A stretch of 39,943 bases of DNA from Candidatus Marithrix sp. (lineage in GTDB: Bacteria > Pseudomonadota > Gammaproteobacteria > Beggiatoales > Beggiatoaceae), in contig JASFYV010000223.1 of the NCBI GenBank assembly GCA_045046925.1, forward strand, positions 1-39,943. Reading direction: 5' to 3'. Below, piece by piece: positions 39,401 through 39,943 of this stretch. Both the position numbers and the translations under genes were made by a program. The first letter of the stretch is position 1. The number at the start of each line of letters is the position of its first letter. Under the pieces are notes generated by a model. The model searched no databases and was not told where the DNA came from. It saw only the letters and a program-made list of their open reading frames with translations.

Positions 39401-39918
39401 ATTTCGCTATAATCTAACACTCTTTTAATATAATTAGCCAAAAAAATCCCTTGAAAACCATTGTTAGGAATTACTCGGAAATACCATTCGTTATTTGCAG
39501 TAACATTATCAGCAGTACAAGTAGCTGAAATAGCAGGAATTTTAGCTTGTTTGTATATTTTACCTCCTTCGAGACAAGCAGCACTAGTGTAATGTCCAAT
39601 AACAGCATGAGCTTTATTTTGTTCAACTATCTCAGTAGCTATTTGTTTAGCCTTATTTTTATCATTTTGATCATCAAAAGACAGTAAGCGTAATGGTTTG
39701 TTATTAATACCACCAGTACTATTAACTTTATCAACATAACTTTGAACAATTCTATACATCGCTTTGCCATTAGGATCATCTGGAGAATGAATCATAGCAA
39801 TATAAATTGGATGTTGGCCGATGATTTTATTTTGTCCCCAAAAAATGAGCAAGGATATAATTATTGCAATAGATATAAATGCACTGAGTTTAATTTTATT
39901 AGTCATAAAAATTTCCAT
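36403..39918 (-). CDS. Pentameric ligand-gated ion channel (GLIC/ELIC-like) fused to an N-terminal LivJ-type binding domain and a C-terminal sugar-type solute-binding domain
   Basis: aa ~36-400: GGINNKPL..DDQND, AVIGHYTS, IPAISA, YFRVIP (type I PBP). aa ~440-746: VYTGIDFNEISNLD, FKDYPFDTQ Pro-loop, pre-M1 KR, M1 LLPLL, M2-M3 LP..GY, M4 RIVYP. aa ~776-1171: YPNIEV, APDLF, YAIP, IYYN..LF, PPTTWEQL (type II SBP). True start may be ATG 39906. Confidence 0.9.
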   Translation of the reverse strand: MEIFMTNKIKLSAFISIAIIISLLIFWGQNKIIGQHPIYIAMIHSPDDPNGKAMYRIVQSYVDKVNSTGGINNKPLRLLSFDDQNDKNKAKQIATEIVEQNKAHAVIGHYTSAACLEGGKIYKQAKIPAISATCTADNVTANNEWYFRVIPNNGFQGIFLANYIKRVLDYSEIIIIYDKDSDYSNTLLDGFENSYIGLKGIIKNKFSITGNNSVNSDEDIENITKHFLRTNVKGGILLALNAEQAKKFIVSMKRKGLNYPIIGGDSIGKKTFAAQFNEYPEEKAQPGFFSDGIFAVAPMIYDVAGENAQLSRNAYINEYHEEPTWVTVTAYEAIQILVEAMRDSNIQGNDIVTERRKIRDYLATRNSMEMAIEGLNGQFHFDLQGNAVKPLAIGVFKNQQLISALTQFQHVPNPTNIPNLEEELLAERIVIIAGQYMHKTNIVYTGIDFNEISNLDAKSSKYEVDFYLWFRFKKGVEADAIKFVNSVKVGFSDLKLGKPVAEKDLPNNVIYRAYQIKAQFKERFNFKDYPFDTQKLAIRFKHNYLTRYNIIYVVDFVGMKTQSVLDKFTRNHVFDLITDWNVNAVNLFQDITKNESTLGDPSFFGTDSSIEYSRFNAVIEVKRDVSSFVTKNLLPLLFLVGLSYLIMFLPFKEISVGAVSGTLVAVAFFHLSLANGLPTGIGYAVVLDYGFYVIYGLIIFQLFLVVVGQREVIRENKQSQQKVLLLGRIVYPVVFMCAGIITFYVYGNNITEIYSKLNKDDIHHTYVSKTPIDSDKVTLTLGSWRVQDVEQMNSFLAVFNQQYPNIEVKFTPFLEFVKMIRFQLKNSIAPDLFYLKSFSLSRPLSEAGYLEPLTDLPGLENFDLVARNPWVNHNNEQYAIPFMAVSHAIYYNQNLFNKLQLKPPTTWEQLIIVANKIQQAGYIPFANGIKNNLSASELIFMNLAPNFIGGREGRLKYETGQRCFNDEHVVAAFQAVADIAPFLPENSQNLAEEGGRQLFLNEKAAMFMDSSTDIIELEQANFAWDIFATPAPAGQPKHITYHPEIGIAINAASKHKLEAKIFLEWLAKPETAELFSNTLPGYFPLHNQQPNLTNEHAKNFLALNVNKGKDVRWAYPNLMDGLPDGQWLMYKNTEAVILGDKTPQQAADSLQDNLAQWYQPAQKCLRLRMDD

Positions 39919-39943
39919 TTATTAAATTTATTATGTTTAACAA

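Overview
AT-rich (roughly 30% GC by eye) chromosomal window from a gammaproteobacterium. The gene style suggests Thiotrichales/Beggiatoaceae, but this is inference and was not verified. The left half holds housekeeping genes mostly detached from their usual operons: oppF-like ATPase, ubiB-ubiJ, dprA with a LysM-less TsaP-like gene, dxs-folE2, tRNA-Thr(UGU), truA, proB, murB and rfbD. Interspersed are a CHAT-NTPase-TPR protein whose caspase-like catalytic dyad appears substituted, a histidine-kinase remnant and a three-gene phosphorelay with no sensor domain. The right half has two tandem paralogous large exported proteins that share a conserved ~190-aa C-terminal domain. They follow a 700-bp regulatory region with paired dyads and a sigma-54-like promoter. 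Also present are GTAG-type REP doublets, a MITE-like element and an orphan RND transporter. The standout is the last gene (36403..39918, minus strand). It encodes a GLIC/ELIC-like pentameric ligand-gated ion channel flanked by two different solute-binding domains: a LivJ-type domain at the N-terminus and a sugar-type domain after M4. No CRISPR array, rRNA, transposase or prophage was seen. All calls come from motif recognition by eye, with no database searches.
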